Assembly (NCBI RefSeq): GCF_963921235.1
Contig: NC_086124.1
Span: forward strand, 27,714,001-27,778,000
Direction of reading: 5' to 3'
Origin: Mobula hypostoma
Lineage: Eukaryota
Length of the DNA stretch: 64,000 nucleotides
The notes under the pieces are model-generated. The model was not told where the DNA came from. It was given only the letters and a program-made list of their open reading frames with translations, and did not search any database. Made by a program: the position numbers and the translations under genes. The first letter of the stretch is position 1. The number at the start of each line of letters is the position of its first letter. Shown here piece by piece: positions 24,412-36,008 of this stretch.

Positions 24412-24709
24412 TTGCATATTGTTCATTCAGATCAAGTCCATGAGCTCTTGAAAGGGGCAACCCAGGTCAATGAGGTGGTTAAGATGGCTGATGGAATAGA
24501 ATGCTTGTTTTTATTGGTCAGGACACCAAGTTCTAAAGCCAAGAGGTTATTTTGCAACTTTATAAAGCCCTGGTTAGGCCACATCTGGATATTGCATGTG
24601 GTTCTGGCTGCCCCACTACAGGAAGGATTTTGATGCTTTGGAGAGAGTGCAGAAGAGGTTTACCAGGATACTGTCTGGTTCAGAGGGCGTGTGCTATCAC
24701 GAAAGGCTG

Positions 24710-25380
24710 GAGGAGGACAAGATGGTGGCGTGACGGCAGCGTGCGTGGCCACTTCAGTGGTGATGTCTGTTATCTGTCAAGTAGGGGACCGTGCACAATT
24801 CTGATTTGTTGGAGATGGACGTGAGAGTACGGAGGAACATCTGGAAAACTTCTGAAATGCCCACGTCACCGCTGCTGCTACTGTGTGGTAACCGGAATCT
24901 TCGGAGCAGAAGGCCGTGAAACCCTTGGCTTTGCGTGTTTCAGCGGCTGGGGCGAGGTCAAAGGCACTTGGTAGAGGATGGCGCTCGGGAGGCTGGTTGA
25001 AGGCTCAAAGTTTTTGGACGGACCGACTCAGTGTCGGCTATGGTCGGCTGCTTCCAAGGTATCGGCAAGTTGACGGTGTCTGGAGGTTTATGGCAGGGAG
25101 TTTCTCCCTTTTGCCGCCTGCTATCGGGGACTCGGGAGTCGATCGACTCGGGGACTTTTTGAGACTTTATTTACCGTGCCCATGGTTTGTTCTTCATCAA
25201 ATTATGGTATTGCTTTGCACTGCTGTAACTATATGTTATAATTATGTGGTTCTGTCAGTGTTAGTCTTTGGTTTGTCCTGTTTTCTGTGATATCACTCCG
25301 AAGAAACATTGTATCATTTCTTAATGCATGTATGCATTTCTAAATGACAATAAAGGAGGACTGAGTGTTCTCATAATCTA
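24710..25380 (+). mobile_element. Second copy of the non-autonomous element at 13815-14455
   Basis: Shared 5' (aagatgg.ggcg), internal and 3' (taaatgacaataaa) sequence. Confidence 0.6.
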
Positions 25381-25439
25381 AACTTGGGTTGTTTTCTCTG
25401 GAGCGATGGAGACTGAAGGGAGGTCTGAGATCTCTATTT

Positions 25440-25995
25440 CCTGAGGAGACTGAGGTCCTTTAACATCTGCCGGACGATGCTGAGGATGTTCTATGAGTCT
25501 GTGGGGGCCAGTCCGATCATGTTTGCTGTTGTGTGCTGGGGCAGCAGGCTGAAGGTAGCAGACACCAACAGAATCAACAGACTCATTCGTAAGGCCAGTG
25601 ATGTTGTGGGGATGGAACTGGACTCTCTCACGGTGGTGTCTGAAAAGAGGATGCTGTCTAAGTTGCATGCCATCTTGGACAATGTCTCCCATCCACTACA
25701 TAATGTACTGGGTGGGCACAGGAGTACATTCAGCCAGAGACTCATTCCACCGAGATGCAACACAGAGCGTCATAGGAAGTCATTCCTGCCTGTGGCCATC
25801 AAACTTTACGACTCCTCCCCTGGAGGGTCAGACACCCTGAGCCAATAGGCTGGTCCTGGACTTATTTCCTGGCATAATTTACATATTACTATTTAACTAT
25901 TTATGGTTCTATTACTATTTATTATTTATGGAGCAACTGTAACGAAAACCAATTTCCCCCGGGATCAATAAAGTATGACTATGACTATGACTATG
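25440..25995 (+). mobile_element. Rex1/Babar-like LINE 3' fragment with (ATGACT)n tail
   Basis: MLRMFYESV..S.IMFAVVCWG...INRLIRKAS...HPLH...SFLPVAIKLY peptide and aataaagtatgactatgactatga tail. Inverted homolog at 43655-44500. Confidence 0.75.
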
Positions 25996-28900
25996 TCTAT
26001 AAGATTACAAGAGGCATAGAGAGAGTACACAGAGTGTCTGATTCCCAGGGTAGAAATGTCTAATACCAGAGGGCACGCATTGAAGGTGAGAGGGGGTAGG
26101 TTGAAAGGGGATGTGAGGGGAAAGTTTTTTACTCAGAGATTGGTGAGTGCCTGGAATGCACTACCTCGTGTGGTGGTAAAAGCAAATACATTGTAGGCTT
26201 TTAAGAGACGTTTGGATAGGTCCTTGGATGTAAGGAGGATGGGGGGATGTGGATGTGGTGTAGGTGGGAGGGATTAGTGTTTGGGCATTTTTGATTTGCT
26301 TTTTAGCCGGTTCTAAATGAACGGCCTGATGCTGGGCTGTGTTCTGTCAGATCATTACACAGTGCACTGAGGTAGAACATGGTAAAATGTTAACAATGCA
26401 GAACAAAGTGTAAGAGCGACGGAGAATTCAGGAAGGATCGTTGATGCATGAAAGCAGGATAGAACATAAAAGCAAGGAGGTGACGCGGAGGCTTTATGAG
26501 GCCCTGGTCAGACCGCACTCGGAGTACCGCGAGCAGCTTTGGGCCCCTTGTCTGAGAAAGGATGTGCTGGTGTTGGAGAGGATCGAGAGGCGGTTCGTGG
26601 GAATGATCCTGGCAATGAAAGGGTTAACAGATGAGGAGCGTTTGATGGCTCTGGGCCTGTACTCGCTGGAGTTTGGAAGATTGGTGGGGGGAGTCTCGTT
26701 AAAACCTGTCGAATTTTGAAAGGCCTAGATGGAGTGGACCTGGAGAGTACGTTTGCTACAGTGGGGGACGGGTGCCTTGATCCGGCGAGCACAGCCTCAA
26801 AATAGAAAAACGTCCCTTTTGGACGGAGAGGTGGAGGAGTCTCTTTAGCTGGAGGGCGGTGAATATTTGGAATTCATTGCCAGAGACAGCTGTGGAGCCC
26901 GAGTACAGTACCTGGGTATATTTAAAGAGGGAGTTGATAGGTTCCTGATTAGTAAGGGCGTCAAAGGTGACGGGGAGCAGGCAGGAGAATGGAGTTGAGA
27001 GGGAAAATAAATCAGCCCTGATCGAATGGCACAGCAGACTCAATGGGCTGAATGGCCTAATCCTGCTCCTGTCTTTTATGGTATAAAACCCTGGTTAGAC
27101 CACAACTTGGAGTATTGTGTTCAGGTCTGGTCGGCTCATTATAGGAAGGGTGTGGGAGCTTTAGAGAGGGCGCAGAGGAGATTCACCAGGATGCTGCCTG
27201 GACCGGAGAACATGTCTTATGAGGAGAGGTTGAGCGAGCTGGGACTTTTCCCTTTGGAGCGAAGGAGGGTGAGAGATGACTTGATAGAGGTGTGCAAGAT
27301 GATGAGAGGCACAGAGCCTTCTCTTCAGATTGGAGATGTGAGACGGCAGAACTTTAAGGAGGAAAGCACAGGGGGGGATGTCAGAGAGTGGCGGGTTGTG
27401 GAACGGGCAGTGGCAGAGGCAGATACCTTAGGAACATTTAAGAGACTCTTAGACAGGCATGTGGATGATAGAAAAATGGAGGGCTCTGTAGGAGGGAAGG
27501 GTTGGATTGACCTTGGAGAAGGTTAACACCATGGGCTATACTGATCTATGTTCAACAAAGTGCAGTGCTGGTAGACAATAAGGTGTAGGATCATAACGAG
27601 GTAGATTGTGAGGTCAAGAGCCCATCTTTTTGTACTACAGAACCATTCAATACGTTTATAACAGCCGGGAGAAGCTGTCCTTGGGCCTGGTGGGACGTGC
27701 TTTCAGGTTTTGCACCTTCTGCCCGATGGGAGTGGGGGAAGAAGTGAGAATCTCCGGGGGTGGGTGGGACCTCTCATCATTCTGGCTGCTATACTTGGGC
27801 AGCGAGATGTCTATTGAGGGGAGGCTGGTTTCTGTGACGTGCTGAGCGGTGTCCATGGCTCTCCGCTGCCTCTTGTGGTCACGGGCAGAGCAGTTGCCGC
27901 AGCGAGCGCCGATGGATCCGGAGAGCGAGCAGAGGGCGCGCTCTGACCAGCTGATCCACGATAATGCCGGGAACTCTACACCTCTGGCCTGCACCGCTGA
28001 ACGGACCGAGCATGGGAGTCTCCTCACACACCCAGACAAGCAAGTATTAAATTCCACCCTTCAAAGCCGCCAAGATCTTGTATTAAGACACTAGGATATA
28101 GGATCAGAATCAAACCATTCAGTCGATCGAGTCTGCTCTGCTGTTCCACCATGGCTGATTTATTATCCCTCTCAACCTCACTCTCCTGCTTTCTCCCAAC
28201 CTTTGTCTTTGCTAATCAAGAGCCGATCAACCTCCACTTTAAATCTCCCCAATGACTTGGCCTCCACTGCTTTTCTGGCAATGAATTCCACAAACTCACC
28301 ACTCACTAGCTAAAGAAATTCCTCCTCACCTCTGTTCTAAAAGGGTGCCCCTCTATTCTGAGGCTGTGGCCTCTGGTCCTAGTCTCTCCCACTATAGGAA
28401 ACGTCCTCTCCACATCCACTCTATCCAGGCCTTTCAAGGGGGATATTAGAGGAAGGTTTTTTACTCAGAGAGTGGTTGGTGCGTGGAATGCACTGCCTGA
28501 GTCAGTGGTGGAGGCAGATACACTAGTGAAGTTTAAGAGATTACTAGACAGGTATATGGAGGAATTTAAAGTGGGGGGTTATATGGGAGGCAGGGTTTGA
28601 GGGTCGGCACAACGTTGTGGGCCGAAGGGCCTGTACTGTGCTGTACTATTCTATGTTCTATGTTCTATATTTGACAGATTTCAGTGAGATCCCTCCTCAT
28701 TAATTAAATTCCAGCGAGCTCGAGCCCAGACTACTAAACACTCCTGTGTTAGTGCCTGTGTTGTGAGTAAGAACTGAGCACACCCTGACTTTCCCTTCGG
28801 CTAGAAGTGTTTATTTCCATGCCAATGACAGATTAATTGGGTGAGCAGGAAATTAACAGATGGAGAATAATGGCGGGAATGTACGTGGTTATCCATGTCA

Positions 28901-29186
28901 CAGTGAAGAATGGGAAAGTACATTTTTACAAGATGTCCCAGTACAAGGGACTAGTATATGCAACTTGAAAGGTTAGTTTGCAGATACAGTAAGTAATTAC
29001 AAAATCTCCCCCACCCCCGGCCCCCACACTTCCCCCGGAGAACCACGTCCTGACTAGCAGCATCACCTGGTACGGGAACTGCACTGCCGCAGGTCACAAG
29101 ATCCGACATCATGTAGTGACGACTGCTGATGAAATCATCGAGGTCTCCAGTGTGCATTTAATATTTCAATAATATTGGAGTAATCT

Positions 29187-29190
<4 letters not shown>

Positions 29191-29242
<52 letters not shown>
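29191..29242. repeat. (TA)n microsatellite
   Basis: Pure TA run. Confidence 0.97.
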
Positions 29243-29245
<3 letters not shown>

Positions 29246-30973
29246 TTTGGTTAAGCATTCTTGTTCATTTAAATAATTAATTTCAGGTTATACGTTTCTA
29301 TGTGCAAACAAATCTCAAGATTGTATAATTCATACATTCTTTGATAATAAATGCATTTAGAAACTTGAAATGTAGAAGTACCTGAATTACATACGTCATC
29401 ACGCATGATACGTGCGGGCCTCGCTTAAAGTAAACTTGAAGTTAGACCCACATCCTTTTGAATTAGTTGAATTAGTTTAGATACAAGATATAACATCTCT
29501 GTCTCCCTCTCTTCCCCCCCTCTCCCTCTCCTCCGTCTCTCCTTCTCTCTTTCCCTCTCTCTCTCCCCCCAATCCCCCACCCCCATTCCGGACATATGTC
29601 AGAGGTCCTGCATAACAGTGCTTTCAGCTTTGTCAAAGACCTTTCCCATCCTTCCCACAATCCCGTTGTTCTCCTGACGTCAGGGACAATGTATCACTGC
29701 AGGAGAACCAGGACTGACAGGTTGAGTTATAGCTTCTTGCCCCGGGCTGTTAGACTTGACTTGTAACACCCTGCTATGGAATTTGTTGCCACGAGCAGCT
29801 GTGGAGTCCAAGTCATTGGGTACATTTAAGGCAGAGATAGATAGGTTCCTGATTAGCCAGGGCATCAAAGGGTATGGGGAGAAGGCAGGGGAGTGGGGAT
29901 GACTGGAAGAATTGGATCAGCCCATGATTAAATGGCGGAGCACACTCGATGGGCTGAATGGCCTACTTCTGTTCCTATACCTTATGGTCTGATGGTCACA
30001 GGGAGAACATTTGAAGTCAGACATCAAACATACAGACATCAGTGGGAATCGAACCCCGATCAATAATCACTGGCACTATAGAGCAGTTGTGCTATCTGCT
30101 ACAATATCGTGCAGTCCCTGATTATGTTAATTAGACAGTTTAGATTAACCTTAGTTTGTAATGTACCCTTCTGCTGCTAAAAAAACTGCTTTTGATGGTA
30201 TTTATACTGATTGAGGCCCTCTGTTGGTCCGGGTTGACCACCGTGTCCTAGCCGTCTACATGATACGCAGCTCAGAGCAGTGCGATACGGTGAGCAAGCT
30301 GTTGCCTACACAGCAGGCTCCCCGCTCTCCACGCTGCTGATGAATCCAGCGGAATGCCAGAGGCCGATACAGTTTGGCACCAGCGGCATCGCAGGAGTTG
30401 CCAGTCAGTGATCAGCTCAACATTGGACTGCCTTATCCGGCTCTGGATTTTTCTCTCGGGGTTTACTCCCAAAGCCTTCCCCATGGAAGGCAGCGAAGGT
30501 TTGAGATCAGACTTCTCCTTCTCTTCGATGGAATGCCGACCACAGCTGATGAGCCCCATCTGCCTGAAGCGGTTGGTTTTAAGGGACCAATAACCCACCT
30601 TTGCCCTTTCCCCTGTTAGTAGAAATGGTTCTGCTGGGCTTAGTAGCTAAGCCACGTGTGAAGTTCCAGGAGCTGGAATTGAATGTCCGAGGCTATTTCA
30701 GCTGTACCCCATTAGGAGCTCATTCCCACTACCTTCCCAGGCTTTGACAACCTTAAGGAACCTTAAGAAGCTATGCATCTGTTCCCATGACAATAAACTT
30801 GAACAAGAGAGAGTGAACAGCAGAGGGCACTATAGGGCAATGCTTACTCCAGACATCTGTAAGGAATGGCAGATGAAGTTCAATTCAGATAAATGCAAAG
30901 TGTTACATTTTCATGGATCAAACCAGGACAGGGCATACACAGTGAACAGGCAAGTCCCGGCGAGTGTTGTAGA

Positions 30974-31430
30974 CACTGTTCCCTCTAACCTCTATGGGTG
31001 TGTGGCCACGCAGTAACTGAAATGCTCCCGCGCACATAGCCGTTATTACAGTGCAGCTGAAATTCTCTTTTATATAATGTTAATATAATTTTAAAATATT
31101 GGCATCATTTTGAAATGAGAAATACCCTGTAATTAATTATGTTAATGGATAGAGTTCATTAATTTTCTAAATAATAAACATACCACAAACCTTGAAACAT
31201 TTCAGAGCTTCGATGTATTTACATTGTCAATGTTACAGGTTACAACATTGTTACAAATTGTAACAATGAACACTGAATGGAAGTTGGTAGCTCATTGTTA
31301 ATAAACTGCTGGCCTGCAATGAATGTTGATGCTGTAATATTCATATATAAAAAAAACATTTAAAGTGCCAGGCAGTTTGCAGAGCAGTGGTTAGTCCACA
31401 CAGTGGTAAAAAGAATTAGAGGGAAGGTTG
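30974..31430. mobile_element. Possible non-autonomous DNA transposon (hAT-like MITE)
   Basis: Inverted ends TTCCCTCTAA (30979-30988) and TTAGAGGGAA (31416-31425) around an AT-rich non-coding core. TSD not evident. Confidence 0.4.
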
Positions 31431-32185
31431 GTTGTAGAACAGAGAGACCAAGGTGTGCTGGTTCATAAAGCCTTAAAGTGGCGACACGGACAGGGAGGTG
31501 AAGGAGGTGTTTGTACGTTTGCCGTCATCGAAAGGGCACTGAATACAGGAGTTGGGATGTCACGTTTTAGCTGTACAAAGACTTCAAAGACAAAGTAACA
31601 AAGTACGTAGACTGTAGTGGGCTGGGTTGATCAGACCCAAACTATTCGAGATGTGATAAGTAAACAGGCCCAACAAAGGAACTCAAGCCCAATTTATTAT
31701 CATAAAAATAGAAAGGCGCACAAAATACTCCATAGCAAGTCACAAAGATTTCAGGGCTCACAATTCTTAGTCACTACTTGATTGTTGTTAGGAGAACTGA
31801 AAACTCCAACTCGCTTCTGAAATCACCCTGGGTCATAGGCACTGATCGCGGTTTCCAGTCTAAAGAATCCAGGGCAAGGTGTTCCAGTAAACAGGAGATC
31901 CACAAACGTAGAGAGACACACAGAGACAGACAGATGCCTTGATCTTTTACCTTCCTGCCATTAACTCAGCCTTCATTCATTAACGCAGTGTTCAGTATAC
32001 CCTTACTAATCAGTTAGACTCTGTATCCATCAGTCCACCAATGTTTAGGACTTAACGTTCCTTGAAATTACAGACGATTAGTTAACCTAAAGGCCCTGCC
32101 TCTTCCCACTTTAAATGCCCTGCCCTAAATACCCTATTTACCTTTACGTGCCTAAATGCCTCTAAATTCCTAACTGCCCTGCCTT

Positions 32186-32270
32186 TCATCATCATTATCA
32201 TCATCATCATCATCATCATCATCACTATCATCATCATCGTCATCATCATCACCACTATCATCATCACCAT
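32186..32270. repeat. (CAT)n/(ATG)n imperfect trinucleotide microsatellite
   Basis: atcatcatc... run with single substitutions. Confidence 0.95.
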
Positions 32271-35200
32271 CAGTCCGATGAGCCCTGAGCCCAGACTCTC
32301 GTTTTGTGGCCACTGTCCACGGCTCCCTGGGTAACTGAGCCATTTCCTCCAGTCATGATGGCGCCGAGCTTCAGTCTCTATCGAGGTTGTGGCTCAGACA
32401 GAAGTTGATTTTCTTAGGTTCGTATCAATGTTTTTGGGGACGGAAAGAGGTCTTACGGGTCGGGTTAGGATTTAGCGACAGGAATGTGGGGGAATTAGAA
32501 GTCAGGCCAGATCTAGGGCTTCGCTTCATGGGCGAAGGCCAGCGAGGACATGGACGAAGGACTTCCATGGATGGGTGTCTAGTTGGCAAACATGCTGGAC
32601 AAAGACTAGGTGGTTCTCCTCCACACCCTGGGTCAGTCAGTTCGCTGTACAAGCAGTAGGATTGGAGGACCAGGAGGGCAGGAAGGATGAGGGCTGGTGA
32701 CCCCTTAGCTACTCCAGTTGGCGTGTCCGGAGTTCAGGTCTCGTGCCATCGATGAGGCCGGAGTTCGAGGACTGGAGTACAGGGTCCCATCATCGTTGCG
32801 CCCTGTGGTCAAGGACTGAAGGTCGATCGTGCATCTGGAAATTGAGACCGATGGCCTCCGACACTGGGTCACAACAGATGCAGCCAGCCGGCCTTTCCTG
32901 GGTTTGGAGGACGGTCTGTATGTGCGCGCCTGCATGGCGGGTCAGCGGGTGAGAGGGAGGTACAAGGTTTCTTTTGCTGTTGTTCTGCTGAACGTGGCGG
33001 ACAAGCTACGTAGGCGTCAGAATGTGTGGCAACACTGGCGGGCTGCCCCCAGCACAGCCTGAGGTTGTGTTGGTTGTTTGGATACACACACACGATATAT
33101 AAATCAGTCTGAATTTGGGGCCGTGGGACCCACTTCTGGAGAGAGCTGAGCTTAAGATCTCAGAAACCACTCTTGGAGCCTTCGGGAGTTGCCACGCTGT
33201 GGGACAGGGTAGAGATGATGTGAAGGTGCAGCGTGGGAGGGGCACTGCCGAGGGTCCTCCACACCGAGGGGGGTGGGGAATGGTACCGAGGGTTTGCGAC
33301 ACTTTGAGAAGGGCGGGGAAGTGTGGCGCTGCTGAGCTCTGTCAGGAACGCCACACTGATGCAATCTTCGAGCATAGACACTGCAGGTTTGCATCAGCAA
33401 GTCACCTCACAGTTGTATAAAACTTTGGGTGGGGTGCACTTGGTTTAACTGTGTGCGGTTCTTGCCATCCCATTACAGGGAGGATGCGGAGGACTGGAGG
33501 TTACAGACGAAATAGAACACATCACAGCACAGAACAGGCCTTTCGGCCCACAATGGAATTTGGAAGGATCGGGGGAGGAATCTCATTGAAACCTTTCAAA
33601 TGTTGAAAGGTCTGGACAGAGTAGATGTGGGAGGGATGTTTCCCATGGTGGGGGAGTCTAGGACAAGAAGGCACAGCCTCGGGATGGAGGGGCATCCATT
33701 TAAAACGGAGATGTGGAGAAATACCTTTAGCCAGAGGCTGGTGAATTTGTCGAACCTGTTAGCTGTGGAGGCCAGGTTGTTGGGTGTATTTAAGGCAGAG
33801 TTTGATAGCTTCTTGATTGGACACGGCATCAAAGGTTACGGGAGTGGGGCTGAGGAGGGGAAAAAAGGATCAGCCATGATTCAATGGCGGAGCAGACTTG
33901 ATGGGCCAAATGGCCTAATTCTGCCCCCATGTGTTATCATCTTATGTTATGCCCGGCTAGTTACCTACACTAAGATTAATCCAACCCTTCCCTCCCATAT
34001 AGTCCTCCATTTTTCTATCATCCATTTGCTTGTCCAAGAGTCTCTTAAATGTCCCCAAAGTATTTCTGTCACTACCACCCCTGCTGAGGTGTTCCGCGCA
34101 CCCACAACTCTCTGTGTGAAAAACCTACCTCTGACATCCCCTCCATACTTTCCTCTAATCACCTTAAAATTGTACCCCATCATATTAGCCATTTCCGCCC
34201 TGAGAAAAAGCCTCTGGCTGTCCACTCTATCGATGCCTCTTGTCGTCTTGCACACCTCTATCAGGTCACCTCTCATCCTCCTTTGCTGCGGAGAGAAAAG
34301 CCCCAGCTTGCTGAACCTGTCTTCATAAGACATGCTCTCTAATCCAGGCAGCATTCTGGTAAATCTTCTCTGCACCCTCTCCAAATGAAGTGGCCTGAAC
34401 TGAACACAATACTTCAAGTGTGGTCTAACTGGAGTTCTGTGATGAAACATTATCCTCTGACTGATGACGGCCAATACTCCTTATACCTTCTTCACCATCC
34501 TGTCGGCTTGCTGCCGACTCTGAGGCATCTATGGGCTCCGTCTCTGTTCCTCCACACTGCTAAAAGTCCTAACATAAACTCTGCCTTCAAGTTCAACCTT
34601 ACAAAGTGAGTCATTTCACACTTTTCTGAGTGGAACTCTGAGGTGTCGGAGTTCAGTGAATCAGCGTTGACAGAGGCTTTGGAGAGGTTGCAGAAGCGGT
34701 TCACCAGGATCCTGCCTGGATTCAGGGCATGGGCGATAAGGAGGGGGTTGGACCAGCTAGTGTGGTTTTGCAGAGTGGATTCGATAGGATTTGATACTGT
34801 GTTCATCACAGATGTGCTGAGATGTACGGCTGTTCTTAAACTATTACATGCTCCAGCTCAGATATCAAACAGAGACTCCATTTGCTCTCTTGTTGGTTTG
34901 TATGACCAAATCTCCAAAACGTCCCGGGACAGACATTTACTGCTCAGGACGAGAAATGAAATATTTTCCTGTCTATCCCATTCTACACACTGTGGTCCCT
35001 CCAGGGACATGCCAAAAGCCCCGTTTCCCACATTGCAACACTTCGAAATTACTTAATTGCTCTGAAGCATTTTGGGACTTCCTAAACTAAAAAAAAGCAT
35101 CTCACGGTATCACAAGGTTTATTTCTCACTGCTGACTTCTCTGGGGAGGTACAGGAGCCTTAGGTACCACACGACCAGGTTCAGGAGCAGTAAGGACTTC

Positions 35201-35754
35201 AACCATCAGGCTCCTGAACTGGCGTGGCTAACTTCTCTCACCCCAACACTGAACTGATTCCACAACCCATGGACTCACTTTCAACTCGTGTTCTCAGTAT
35301 TATTTATTTATTACAATTATTATTTGATTTCTTAATATTTGCTCAGTTTGCCTTCTTTTGCAGAAGGAATGGTTGTTCACTTATTCTACTGTATTCTTTC
35401 GTTCTACTGTGAATGTCTGCAGGAAAATGAATCTCTGGGTAGTATCTGGTGACATATACATGCTAAATAATAAATTTATTTTGAACTTTGGTCAGTACTT
35501 TACCCTGGGGAACTTTACTGTAATTCTAATGGAATCATAGAATCATAAAGGCAGAGAGACATAGTGCATAGAAACAGGCCGTTTGGCTCGACTGGTCCAT
35601 GCTGGTCATGTTGCCACATCCAAGTCAGTCACGTTTGCCAGCGTTTGGCCCGTAAGCTTCTAAACATTTCCATTTTTTTTGGTGTGTGCTGCGTGCGAGT
35701 CTGCGTGTCCGTGTGTGCATCCGTGATGATGGATTTTTCATGGATTTTGCAAGG

Positions 35755-35757
<3 letters not shown>

Positions 35758-35795
<38 letters not shown>

Positions 35796-35817
35796 ATTGA
35801 GAAAGAGAGAGAGAGAC
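35758..35817. repeat. (GA)n microsatellite
   Basis: GA run with interruptions. Confidence 0.93.
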
Positions 35818-35889
35818 TGTGTGGTGCGCCACTCCTCACAGGACATTTTTCGCAGTATTTTTCCCTTTATTTTCTGAGATCAAGTTGTG

Positions 35890-36008
35890 ATCTCGACACT
35901 CAACCCGGCACGGATGGACAGTGTACTCGGGATCGGACCCGACTAGTTTCGAACCCGCGAACCTCCGCTCCAGGGTCCGGAGCCGATGTCGTTGCGCCAC
36001 CAGCCAGC
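35890..36008 (-). mobile_element. tRNA-derived SINE head
   Basis: The - strand reads ggctggtggcgcaacg...ggttcgcgggttcgaaac, with A-box and B-box-like motifs, followed by non-tRNA sequence. Confidence 0.55.

Noticed and set aside
32082-32270. Poly-Met ORF on the minus strand
   Set aside because: Translation of the (ATG)n microsatellite.
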